This document shows positions 13,570 to 25,972 of a DNA stretch of 64,000 bases, one piece after another (the stretch's first letter is position 1; each line of letters starts with the position of its first letter). The stretch spans positions 42,842,001-42,906,000 of the forward strand of contig OZ024740.1 of assembly GCA_964016885.1 (NCBI GenBank), in the 5' to 3' direction. The notes beneath the pieces are model-generated. The model made no database searches and was not told where the DNA came from. It saw nothing but the letters and a program-made list of their open reading frames with translations. A program made the position numbers and the translations under genes. The DNA comes from Eledone cirrhosa (lineage: Eukaryota).

Positions 13570-14890
13570 CGACAGACGATTTCTTATAAAAAACCTCGCA
13601 AAACTATATACCCATTCTTTTCGCTACCCTCTAAGAAGGAATATGACGTCACTTTCAGCTTATAACTGGAGTCTAAAATACAACCACACCCAATATAAGT
13701 TACACTGGGAGATCCTAGCTAGGGCTAGATCGTATAACGGAAATAAAAGACCATGTGACCTCTGCGCCGCTGAGGCCCTGGAAATACTCTACGCCACAGA
13801 CCACATCTTAAACAAAAAATCTGAGGCAATTTCGGCTTGTAAACATAAATTGCACAAAGCTTTCCTGTATTACAGCCCCACGTTATACCCTAACGGATAG
13901 CACGATCTATACGTGGATATTTTACGTCTTGATGTGGGAGCTAAGTATATGTTTTGTTTATTCCTTTACTTATTTGCATAGGTAAGTATATATTACCCAT
14001 ATGTTTTGTGAAGGTATGTATACCTTCTCGTACGTATATTTGACTGTTATGGCGTATCATTTTTACATATTCTGGTATTTGGGGTTTGGCTATGTGTATA
14101 CGGGAGTTTTGCGTCCGAGTGAGTATGCAGGTTCGTACGTATGGTGGGTGTGTGTATATGTGTACTTCTTGTTTTAGTTGACTTACGTCTCCGAACATTC
14201 GTGTATTTATATGTAGGTATGTGTGTGCGCTTGTTATATACGTATTTATTTACTTATATACGTTTATATAATTATTTATTTATTTGTACACAAGCATACA
14301 CACACACACATATTTATATGTGCGTGGTTGTGTATACCTATGGTAAGGTTTTGCGTATGCTTGTGTATGTACGTATCTGTTTGCGTGTATGTATTTATTT
14401 GTTTCTATTTCTTCTGTATTGTATTTATTTACTTTGTTCTTAACTCTGTAGCGAAGATTCATTTGGTCTCCTAGTTAGAATCTTAGTCTACGACTTCCGC
14501 TATACCATTTACGTGGTTTTGTCTTTGCGTGCTTTTGTTCTCCACGCTCCACATATGACTTATTATCTTCGTTTTTTCATTCATTGCCAGAGAACGTCTC
14601 TATGCACCACCTAAGAGAACATTAGTCTACGACCTCTTTTATACCATATACGTGGTTTTGTCTTTGCGCGTAATTGTATTTCACCGCTCCTATTAATGAC
14701 GTATTTTTCGTTTTTTCCCGTTCTTTGCCAGCGAACGTTACCACGAACCAAAGTATCGTCTTCCTGTCTTCCTCCGGTTGCAACGTTTTTTGAAATATCC
14801 AGTTCTGCGTTTACAGATTGACTTTGTTAGTTTCAGAAGATCCCGTTAAGGGTGAAAGCAGCGATTCTTTGCTGAAACTTTAATCTGTTA

Positions 14891-14897
<7 letters not shown>
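13570..14897 (+). mobile_element. Penelope-like element family A 3' fragment with ~1-kb 3' region
   Basis: WEILARARSY..CDLC..E..ILNKKSE..CKH GIY-YIG tail; 13975-14897 matches 32684-33615. Confidence 0.85.
14829..14879 (+). ncRNA. Hammerhead-like fold with CAGAAGA core (this copy has CTG at the cleavage triplet)
   Basis: agttt-CAGAAGA-t ccc gttaa ggg t-GAAA-gcag cgattct ttgc-TG-aaact. Confidence 0.5.
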
Positions 14898-14970
<73 letters not shown>

Positions 14971-15075
14971 TAAGGAACGTATTCAAAAATATTTATTTTA
15001 AACGTGACATTTATATTTTTCATGGGATTCTTGAAAGATAAATAATTATTTGGAATTAAGTAATATATATATATG

Positions 15076-15150
<75 letters not shown>

Positions 15151-15153
<3 letters not shown>

Positions 15154-15775
15154 GGAGGAGGCCCGCAAGGACTATCCATTTATTTTTGAGACTCGAAACC
15201 GTTTCGGTAAAGGTAACCATAGTAAGTACAGTGGATTTTTTTTTTTTTTTTTTGAAACTTTTTCTTATTTGCTAAACCTTGATTATATATGTTCTGGCTC
15301 GTTAATTTATTAACCTGCCATAGAACCACATTGGCATATGGTTGGATAATATATGTGTCCCTATACGTTATTTGCGTGTAGGGATATATACTTTATTATT
15401 ATTACCTCCCCTTGGTCGAGATAAAATTTGGTCGTTTTGACTGCTGCTATTTATAGTTTTAGTAGATTGACCTCCCTGCCTCTGCCTTCTATCTTTGCAC
15501 ACGGCACTGGACAGAATTGCTTCCACATCATTCATTCTCATCTCGAGAACAATTTTGAATAGCGCCAGTTCGTAATTCAAACTCGGGAATTTTATATTCT
15601 CTGAGTGAAAAGAACCTTCTGACGAGAGTTTATCTTTTCAATGGACGCCCGCAAGGACTATCCATTTATTTTTGATAATTCGAAACCGATTCGGTAAAGG
15701 TAACCATAGTTAGTACAGTGAAATTTTTGAAATTTATTTTGAAACTTTTTCTTATTTGCTAAACCTTGATTGTGT
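15151..15775 (+). mobile_element. Retrozyme-like non-coding element (487-nt unit, terminal direct repeat)
   Basis: 15151-15288 repeats at 15640-15775; each repeat carries GAAA-ccg...cgg-TA-aaggt; flanked by (TA)n. Confidence 0.7.
15614..15701 (+). ncRNA. Canonical type I hammerhead ribozyme with long stem II
   Basis: acctt-CTGACGA-gagtttatc..aatgga..cc gcaa gg..tccatt..gataattc-GAAA-ccg att cgg-TA-aaggt; predicted cut after 15696. Confidence 0.88.
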
Positions 15776-17103
15776 ATATATATATATATATATATATATT
15801 ACTTAATTCCAAATAATTATTTATCTTTCAAGAATCCCGTGAAAAATATAAAGTTCGCATTTAAAATAAATATTTTTGATTACGTTCCTTACTTATAATG
15901 TTTCACAAGTAACCGGTTGAGGAATGATATATATCAAACAGTTTTACGTATTATCACTTTTCCTGTCGGGGAATCAGTATAATTATTACTCGTGTAATAA
16001 TTAGTATTTAGGTGAAACTATTTGGTTTAATCTATTAATCAATCTTATTATAAATAGAAGTATAACTAAATATATGTTTAACATCAAATAAGAATGAGCC
16101 TTATATATTAATACTTCCAGCGAGGAATGCGGTTAAACTATTTCAATTATATTCATACATATACATTTAATGTGGTTCGTTATTTGTTGCATAGCTATCC
16201 TATCTTTTGACTAATTTCTGTTAATTCATTGTTGTATTGCAGTCATTTTTTTACTATATTGTCATATGTTTCGCCTCTATTGATTCATGTCAATCAATAG
16301 AGTTTTTCCATGCTGACCTTTGTTTTCATTGGATGATTCATTGCTGTGTGGTAGTTTTTAATGGCTTATTACGCATTTGCTTCGTATATATTGATTAGTT
16401 TCGTCATTACATCCGATTTTAGTCAATGGATATTGCGTTGACGACTTCACTCATGGTGGACAGAGCCGTGTTTAGCGTTGCTAAATTTCGTTATTTTGTT
16501 TATGGCCATGGTTTTCTTTACTTAATTCATAGTCGCTGGTTGATCTAAAGAATCATTCTTTTGATGTCTCCCTTTCCGTTATAGAACATAATACCTACCT
16601 TTTTCATTTCTATTTTATAATAATATAATTACCCTGTTTCTGCTTCAGATCGTTTTTTAAAATGAACAATTTTGTTGTTTGTAACATGATATCACCTCAG
16701 ACCTTCTGTAATCATATTTGACGCACAATTATGTAGTAATTATGGCTGTGGTGTACATAGTGAGCATGGCTTGGCACGTTTGCACGTTTGATAGACTCTT
16801 CAGGACATAGATGCGTAAGTGTTTGGTAGGGAGGCTGACCGATTTCAGTTAGTCAGGTGGTGGAAATTGATAGTTAACACACGGTTTTGAAAACATGGTA
16901 GTGATTTCGGCCAAGGAATTAACAGGAACTATCGATAATTAATATTCAACAATGACTAATATTAATATTGGTGATTATTGTTAACCTAGACAAGTGAGAA
17001 ACACTAACCAGCCAATGATTCTTAGCTGCTTGTATACATGGGGCAGGCTGCCCACTAAACAGGTTGTATATGTAATTACTAGTTAAGTGGGCGAGAACGA
17101 GGG

Positions 17104-17105
<2 letters not shown>

Positions 17106-17159
<54 letters not shown>
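17106..17159. repeat. (GA)n microsatellite
   Basis: Direct reading. Confidence 0.95.
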
Positions 17160-17162
<3 letters not shown>

Positions 17163-17306
17163 GTAGATATAGCAATGGAGAGGGGGGGATAGAGAGTGAC
17201 ATAGAAAGATAGAGAGGGAAAGAAAGAGAGTGACCGAGAAAGAGGGGGGGGGGGAGATTTTCCTCTGTCTACGAATTTGATATTTTCTGACATTTGCAAG
17301 CTGTTG

Positions 17307-18010
17307 TTTCTTCTTCTTCTTCTTCTTCTTCTTCTTCTTCTTCTTCTTCTTCTTCTTCTTCTTCTTCTTCTTCTTCTTCTTCTTCTTCTTCTTCTTCTTC
17401 TTCTTCTTCTTCTTCTTCTTCTTCTTCTTCTTCTTGAGATGGTCTTGGGGCCAGTGTCCTGAAACACACCTTCCCGTGCACTCCTGTCAGAAGCCACCGT
17501 CTCCAACTGATCTGGCTGGATCCCCAAGCATGACCAGCTAACCACATGGATGTTATCCAACGATCTTGCTCGCGATCTACCTCTGAGTCTCCTCCCGGTT
17601 TGTTTTAGCCGTAAATTCTTTCGACCGATTCTTTCTTGAGAGATTCTAACCACATGTCCATATTAACAGAGCTGTGATCTCTCAATTTGGAGAAGCACTA
17701 ACTCTACCTGATTTTCCGGCTACGCACTCTATTAGTAAAGTTACTCCAGAGACCTTCCGGAGGAACCCCATTTCGGCCGTTTGTATTGGTGATCGTATTC
17801 TTTCGGTCATTACTGTAGATTCATGACCATAGGTAAGGGTTGGTAGGAAATACCGAATTGAAGATAGCAAGTTTGGCTTTTACATCTACCTCCCTTCCTC
17901 TGATTACCGAATTATGAAGCTGGCGCATTATTGCACCAGCTCCCGCTATTCGTGGACTTAATTCAGCCCCCTACTTTCCATCACTCTTGAACACGGCTCC
18001 GAGATATTTG
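17307..18010 (-). mobile_element. RTE-clade LINE 3' fragment with (GAA)n tail
   Basis: LPTLTYGHES.VMTERIRS.IQTAEMGFLRKVSG and RGRSRARS..LGIQPDQLETVASDR; (CTT)n at 17307-17435 is the tail. Confidence 0.85.
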
Positions 18011-18874
18011 AACCAACATCAGTAAACTGCTTAGGGAGATGGAACAATGGGTGACACCTGTAGCCCAGAAGAAAACTCTCACAACCCAGTGATATTGCTA
18101 TGATGAGACAATTAAAGACCGCCTCTAAAAAAGCCTAGACTTCGAGTTTTTAGAATATACCAGATTGGTGACTGGCGCGAATAAGGCCACCAAAACTGCA
18201 ATATGGTGGGAGGTACGAAAAAGCACCATACCTCATCGTACTTTGCACGGATTAACAAGAGACGTGTTTAGGCCTTAGGTAGAGAGCCTGTTCGAAACAT
18301 ATATTGCGGTCTCCATTTCCTACCGCAAAAACTGGCAATGGGCTTGCCACCTGTCTCGGGAGGCATGGGATGGACGCAAAAAGATTGCATACCCCGAGAC
18401 CTCAAAGAGGGTTCGGACGGGAACAAACCTTGTTTTTCAAGTTGTTGCAATAAATTTAAAAGCCTTCCATATTTATCGTGTATATCATGGAGATTCAGCT
18501 TGACAAAGTATATGTGACCACGCTGTTCTTTTTTAATGACATGTACAGTCCATCCAATGGACTGCCAAACAATTTCCAACGAGCTAATTTCACTCCCAAT
18601 GCTTTGGTGGAGCCGTGGCTATGGTAATGACATTTGCTCAAGCTGTAACACAACGGGAGCAAGCCTGGGAAATAATTATTGCAAGGTAAGCTTCTTAAAA
18701 CTCTTGGTCGTACTGAGTCCTCAATATCACGTAGTCAGTCTCCAATGCATCATTGAAATATGTTCATATATTGTATGCAGGTTGTTTTAAATATCTGAAT
18801 CTTTTTGTGATTGTTTGGCAAAAATCATGCAGATTATTATGGCAACCAGCTTTTTAAAAAATCACATATTTTCT

Positions 18875-19760
18875 TTTAATAATCCCTAAAACATATTGAA
18901 CGAGTCTTTGAAAGGATCAAAGAAGTTTAGGAGTACCACACATGAGGCAAGATATATTCAAGTAGCGAAAATGGTATAAGGCAATGGGGAGGCTTGAAAC
19001 AATATAAATCTGGTCTGAAGATCCGAAATAAAGCTAACCTTAGAGTAGTATTTTAAAGGGAACAGCATCTGCATTGAAATGAATTAGAATAATCTCAGCT
19101 GTTATATCTAATCTAGTAGCTATTATTTACTTCTGTATATTAAATTCCATTTATATCCCCACTAGCCATCAACGTAATGCAAACATGTTACTCAAGATGA
19201 CATTCATTCTCATAGAATTGGTAAATTTATCTTTCCAAATTATGAAATCATGAAAGAAATTCTCTGCGCCTCTATATGTTATGTACATCTCTGAAATTGA
19301 CTGACGTACATTTTAATCCCATTACACAACTACAATTACTGAGAGGAAGAGCAGAAAATAAAATAGAAAATACAAACTGCCAGTTTATATTTTAGAACTT
19401 ACAAAAGACGAATATATAAATTCTAGATTTTGCACTCGCAGGTTAATAACATATTTACAAAGAAGGAAATTATTCTGCTCTTCTGCAAAATGTCATAGAT
19501 CTGCAGTTTCAATTCCCTATATATTTTATGCTATAATATTTTAAGGAAGGTCAAGTTATCATAATCTTGATTTAAACTTTAGTGAATGAGTGCTGATTGG
19601 TATTATTTACAACCAAGCATTTACCATTGCACAAAACTGAGAGACTTCTAATAATTGGTTATCTGATATCAGAGTAGCTGTTCTTTCAAATAAAAATGCA
19701 TGAAACTAAATATTGCCATAAATTACATTTCATAAGCCATAATGGACGTATGTTGCGGGG
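18875..19760 (-). pseudogene. Decayed GlyR/GluCl-like relic 3 (M2-M4)
   Basis: SRIISFFVNMLLT (M2-like), LAVCIF/LFSAL (from 19383; M3), FNMF* followed by II in the shifted frame (18900-18889; compare FNMFYWII of M4). Confidence 0.55.
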
Positions 19761-20049
19761 GGAAAAGGGTAGGTGGGTGACTGAGCGTGTGTTTGTGCAG
19801 ATACGGACATGTATACATACACACAGGTACACACCCAGACATTCACACAATAACACATGTATAGATATGTTTATGTAGAAGTTGGAGTAGAAGTTTAATA
19901 CCAGGAAAAAGAGGAGGTACAAATCTGATAGTCATTGAGGAGGTGAAAGAATGTGTGATGAAAGAAGTTGCGACCGATAGATAGTATTAGAAATTTGAAA
20001 GATCAACGGAAACATTGTTTCCTCGATCCGATTTGACGAAAGTCGATCT

Positions 20050-23000
20050 AACTCACCACGACAGAAGGACATAGCAACACGCACCCCTAATCCTCAGGAC
20101 CGCCTCAAACAGATCTTTAGATCAAGACGACACCCATCGCATAACGCACAGCTGGAAGAATTTGAAAACCGCATCGCCAGCATCGTCCGAAACATCAAAT
20201 TCCGTAGGAATAATACACAACATACGAATTACCTCCGGAGATTGAGCTCCACAGTCAAAAGCATGGAAGAATGCCAGGATTTGCTTGTGCCCTCGGACCG
20301 ATTTACATACAATGACTGCATCGGAAAAGAGGTTAGGAAAAACTACAGGACAAGACAACTTAGATAACATTAACGCCACGACCACAAAAATAAGGACTGG
20401 GCTAGGAATAGATGATAGGAAAGAACAATATGTACCCAGAAAACCGCGGATATCCATTAAGGATAATAAATTAGACTTTAGAACTAATCTACCTGTTAGG
20501 CTAATAGCACCCTCCAAATCGGACATAGGTAGGACCAGCAAGAATATCATAGACAGGATATTACCGGTACTTAGGAACAAAACTAGGCTTAGCTTATGGA
20601 CTTCCACCAAGGAGGTAATTGACTGGTTCTCGCTATTAGGTGGCAAACGTCAGGTAAATTTCATTCAATTAGACATAACGAATTACTACGCGTCAGTATC
20701 ACCAGTAATCGTGAATAAGGCCCCCATGAGCGCCATGACCAAGTCCAAACTCAAGGAGAAAAACGCCAATTAGCTTCGAAGATAAATTATGGGAGAGGAG
20801 GGACAGGCCCGACAGTTTTGACATTACTATGGGGTCGAGCGACTCTGTGCAGGTGGCGGATCTGATGGGAATCTATCTCCTCCAAAGATTAGGGGAGGAG
20901 CCTCCAGGGTTCGTCGGAGGAATATACAGGGACGACGCACTATTCACCTTCCGTTCCCTAAACCCCAGCCAGCTGGAGCGTATGAGGAAGCGCATATCGC
21001 ATTTTCTTTAGCAACACGGCTTATCCTAGGACTAACACGGTGAATTTCCTGGACGTTACCCTGGAATTGAATACGGGCATCCACCGACCTTACCACAAGC
21101 CCAATGAGAACCTGCAATATGTGAACAAGCAATCGAACCACACCAAATCCGCCATAGAAGCAATAGTTAAAGGGTTATCCGACTATTATAATGAGGCACT
21201 GCGCAGGGACGGTTACACAGAAACCATAGTGTACACCACGGACAGGGAACTGCCTAGCGCCGAGGCATGCGGATACCACAATAGCAGTAGTACATCCATA
21301 AGTAGACAGAACGACCCGGAACTAGCTTCTAGGAACACGAGTAGCAGCATAGATCACTACAAGGACACAAGAGCGTCACTAAGACAGACGAAGACACACA
21401 CGGGCGCCAGACCACCCAGTACACGTAGACAGAAGCCCGGCACGCGCACCACATTCGTCGCAGAAACTAGAACAAGAGACAGGGTAAGGACAAGTACGAT
21501 CGTGGAACCCAGTAGAGGAAACACCCGGACCAGTAGCAATGATATAGCCCCGACAACAGAACCGCATAGCATTAACGAGACTAACAGTAGAGCCGACAAT
21601 ACAAAACGGAATACCTCAGTAAGCGAACGGCGTAACACAGACGTCCACGGCAGACATATAGATAGCAACATAGGGGACGAAATAACGGGCGGGAAAAACC
21701 CGGGACGGACACCTGACCAAACACACATTCACACTACTACACACACAGGAAGGAACAAGACAAGATCTAAGGCCGTTACATGGTTTAATACGCCGTATTC
21801 GAGCATGTATGCAGCAATGTACCAGGCCTCTTCTTCCGAGTGTTGGACGAGTGCTTCCCGCCGTCGAGCAGGTACCACAATATTTTCAACCACCACACGG
21901 TGAAGTTCTCCTCCACCGCACCTAACATGGCAGACTACATGGCCCAAAACCAACGCGGCGAAGATGGGGAACCTCGACCGTCAACTGCGGCGGCCGAATG
22001 ACCGTCCATCGGAGCCCGGAGGGCCCCTTGCAGACTGGTTTTCCAACTACAACCCGGCCCCTGCAGCGGCCGCCACGCCCGCGGAAGACGATACAATCCA
22101 ACGCCGGGCGGAAATGAGTGGCCGAAGGGGAGACCACCGTGTCGGCCGAATAACACCCAGAGAATCGGGAGAGGGCCGTGGTAGATCATGGGCTAGGCGT
22201 CCGAAATGAACAATATAATGACAGAACGACCAACTCTAGAGCGGGCACACCGTGCCCTCTGCAGGTAAGATGCCTAACGAAGGGCCTGGTATATAAATGT
22301 GTGGTTAGCACGCACAACACAAAGCGCACCTACATCGGCGCAACATCCACGTCCTTTAAATCGAGGATGTATAACCAGACCAACTCTTTCAAGGACCGGA
22401 GCGATAGGCTCTCTACTAGGCTGGCGGACCTGGTGTGGGACTTGAAAGACAATGACCTCAACTGGAGTATCGTTCGGCATGCGAATGCATATTCGGCTGG
22501 AAATAGAAAGTGTAGTCTATGCCTATCCGAGGCCATGGAGATAGTCAGACTGAAGGATGATGCAGTCAATCTGAAATTGGAAATAATCATGACGGTGCAA
22601 ACACCAGAGAAGGTGCACATTCTCCACATGGAATCCACCAGGCAGACAAGCTAAAGGCATAGAGGGAACGCACGCCAGCCAGAGCGGCGAAACGGGTTCA
22701 AGGGATCAGATACCCTCACCTGTTGACTATATATGCCCTGTGAGATAAGCCGACATAACCCAGGATGCCTACCCGACTCTGCACGTCACCCTAGGCAACA
22801 ACATCGCCTGAGCCGGGACAGGTTGACCCAAATTCCACTGATATTCAGTCCAGTGTATTATACCAATAAGAGACTACACCTCACTCACAGTGACATGCTC
22901 CAGTATGGCCTGCCCACGCAACCCCTGTATGTGTATCTTTTCAATAGAGAGTACATACTCTCCACGCATTCCATTTTGCAACACCTAATGTATTTTTCGT

Positions 23001-24245
23001 ATACAGACCCATGTGTGTATCTCATACTTCTCTTTTATAACTCAGATGTCTGTACTGTCTCATATGCATACACGTTTCTTCTTCTTTTATACATATATTC
23101 TGCACGCACTTTCTATGTACGGTCTGCACATACTACTTACTGTAATACCATGAATGCACATTATGTGGCTTTGCGTGAGGATTCCATACATGGATTGATC
23201 CATGTTCGCAACGTAACAACATCTCTGTAGGCACATATAACAAGGTGCATCCTTTCATGTATAGCCCACTGTGTATCGTTATGTGCCGTTATATGTATAT
23301 TTTATATATATATATATATATATGTATTTTTTTTATATATGTATATATTTATAACAAGATGCATCCCTTCATGTATGGCCCATTGTGTATCTTTATATGA
23401 CTTTGTGTGTATATTCTTTTTATGTATATATATATATTTTTTTTTTTATGCGTGCGTGGGTGTGTATATGAATATGCGCATACTTGTAAGAGTGTATATG
23501 CGCCAGTGTGTGTGTGTGTGTGTGTGTACAAGCACCCGTGTAGGGAAAGGGTTTGTTGTGTGTATATGTGTGTTTGCGCGTGAGTGTGTATCTGGGTACG
23601 TGTATATGTGTGTGTGTGGGGGGAGGGGGGATTTATGTATATGTCTGTACGTGTTTGTGTGTACGGGTATATATACGCGTGTGCATGTGTATGCGCATGT
23701 ATGTGTGTGTGTGTATGTCGATGTATATAGGCATGTGGGTATGTGTCTGTGTGTGCGCATGCCTCTCTGGATGCGTATATTTATATGTCCTCCTTAAATG
23801 TGTGTATATAGTGAGCGACTATGCGTATGACTGTCATTATCTCTGTGCTTGTGTGTGTGTGTGCGTTTGTGTGTGTGTGCGCGCGCGCGCGTGGATGTTT
23901 GAACAACCAAACACAGCAGTAATTTATTGAAGTGTAGCAGACATGTACCTGTGGTCAGAATTATGATGACGTCGACAACCAGCGGCCAATCATAGGACGC
24001 GCGATGAGGATGAAGTTTTTGACGGTACTGGCCCAGAGGGTCAGATATCCCAGTGAGAGAATATGCTCCGAAATCATTAGACGTGTCCGTCGAATCTGTG
24101 GGTCCAGAATCAAAGAGATCCACACAATGATCCTGTCTCGAGCTGTCCGCCGGGGTAACAATTGTAACACACAATAAATTGAGGTCAGATGCATCACTGA
24201 TTTTTCGCTTTCTATTCTCTCTCTAGTGTGTTACCTTATCAACAT

Positions 24246-24250
<5 letters not shown>
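20050..24250 (+). mobile_element. Penelope-like element family A, long degraded copy
   Basis: RLIAPSKSDIG, FIQLDITNYY, GGIYRDD, NFLDVTL, WFNTPYS, LVYKC..YIGATSTSFK, CSLC; long 3' region ending at (TA)n. Confidence 0.9.
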
Positions 24251-24321
<71 letters not shown>

Positions 24322-24336
24322 GTATATGTATTTATA

Positions 24337-25060
24337 TATAAGCAAGAGCATACTGAATATACATGAACATTAGAAAAAAGGCCCGATTTATTATGTCATT
24401 GGATCCCTTTCAAAGGAATACGCAAGCTTCATCCATCTTTATCCCAGTTAATATCTGAATACTTTATCGTTAACTTTTGTTTGTATGAGATTCAAAGTTT
24501 TAGTATAGTACAGGTGCTAACTATTTTAATATTTTATTTTAAAGAAAAAAAAATATCATTATTGCCAGTTTGATATCTCACTATATATACTATATATATC
24601 TTTCGCTATCATATGTCCTAACGCTTTCATTATTCTATCCACTGTGATCACGAGGCGTCAGACATTTGTGGTCTGCACATCGGAGAGGAAGACAGATGAA
24701 CAGGGAGGTCTTTAGTGGTGATAGCTTGTCACTGTCTGGCTCGTTCTGTTACCGTTGGTCATTTCATACACACATACATACTTACAAAAGACATTACTAG
24801 TTAGCAGTGCAAACGAACAATAAAATATATGCATACACGCATTGCTTTGTCACGTCTGCTGCGTTTCTGTGACTCAATATGTATATAACCGTGTATTTGT
24901 ATATGAAATAAATCATTTCATATTTCTTTGAATTCTTGAGTGTACAAGCATGGAGGTTAGTTTGTCTTATCCAGAAGGTCACTAATTATATTACCGATAT
25001 TTATTGAAAAGATAGTATTGTTACATAAACCCACAGCATTGCTCCGTGATATTGCACGTA
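24337..25060 (-). pseudogene. Decayed GlyR/GluCl-like relic 4 (extracellular domain to M1)
   Basis: VYVTILSF..VTFWIRQT; NGN-x19-F-LS-DVQT (24756-24670, same spacing as GlyR NGN..FPMDVQT); RAFFLMFMYI/SMLLLI (24385-24337); cut by (TA)n. Confidence 0.65.
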
Positions 25061-25314
25061 GTTTAGAGAAGAAAATTATACATAATATGATATGCTATAT
25101 GATATTATACGATAGATCATGCCAATGTATACTTCACAGTGAGTTTCAATCATAATTCTGTTAATGTCGATTTGATAAGAGTGGGTGTAAAAATATCAGT
25201 AGATATGTGCCATCTATCGTAAATACTGACCATTGAAAGCATGTAATGGTCATTTAAGAATATGTAAAATATAGAATTAATGTTTTACAAGCTCAAGTGA
25301 AATCTTTGATAAAA

Positions 25315-25650
25315 TAATTTTCTACTTTTGGCACAAAGCCAGCAATTACCCAGTGTATTACTGGTACTTTATTTTATCTACCCCGTAAGGATGAAAGGCA
25401 AAGTTAACCTCGGCGGGATTTGAACTCAGAATGGCAAGGGCCGTAAATCTTTGATGAAATAATTGTTTCTACTTTAGGCACAAGGCCAGCAAATTACCCA
25501 GTACATTACTGGTACTTTATTTTATCGACCCCGTAAGGATGAAAGGCAAAGTTAACCTCGGCGGGATTTGAACCCAGAATGGCAAGGGCCGTAACTCTAT
25601 ACGTCAAAGCATGGCGTCCGACCCTCTACCGATACTGCCAATCCACTGCC
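25315..25650 (-). mobile_element. Two tandem SINE family 2 copies (partial plus full)
   Basis: 25315-25445 and 25459-25650; aatctttgat.aaataat repeated at junctions (TSD-like). Confidence 0.88.
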
Positions 25651-25783
25651 AATCTTTGATGAAATAATGCTCACCAGAATGGGAAAAGCATTGCTAGTAT
25701 GCACCCATCCACACATTTACTCGACAGAAATTGTGATACTACGCTCACTCATAGCTATTTATTCTCATTATTATCAAGTTATA

Positions 25784-25972
25784 GGCGGTGGATTGGCAGT
25801 ATCGCTAGAGGGTCGGACGCGATGCTTTGGCGCATAGTGTTACGGCCCTTGCCATTCTGAGTTCAAATCCCACCGAAGTTAACTTTGCCTTTCATCCTTA
25901 CGGGGTCGATAAAATAAAGTACCAGTAATACACTGGGTAATTGCTGGCCTTGTGCCAAAGTAGAAACAATTA
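25784..25972 (+). mobile_element. SINE family 2
   Basis: Inverted relative to the 25459-25650 copy; attattatcaag on both flanks. Confidence 0.88.

Larger units (their letters stand above)
14971..15891. repeat. ~93-bp inverted repeat arms enclosing (TA)n and a later insertion
   Basis: 14971-15063 is the reverse complement of 15799-15891. Confidence 0.9.

Noticed and set aside
16250-16800. Minus-strand KPCSLC motif and hairpin-GAAA-catatg suggesting an old PLE
   Set aside because: Too degraded; no CUGANGA and no continuous frame
18549-18685. Possible plus-strand exon with GTAAGC donor (also 26411-26461)
   Set aside because: No recognisable protein and no consistent exon chain; could be chance
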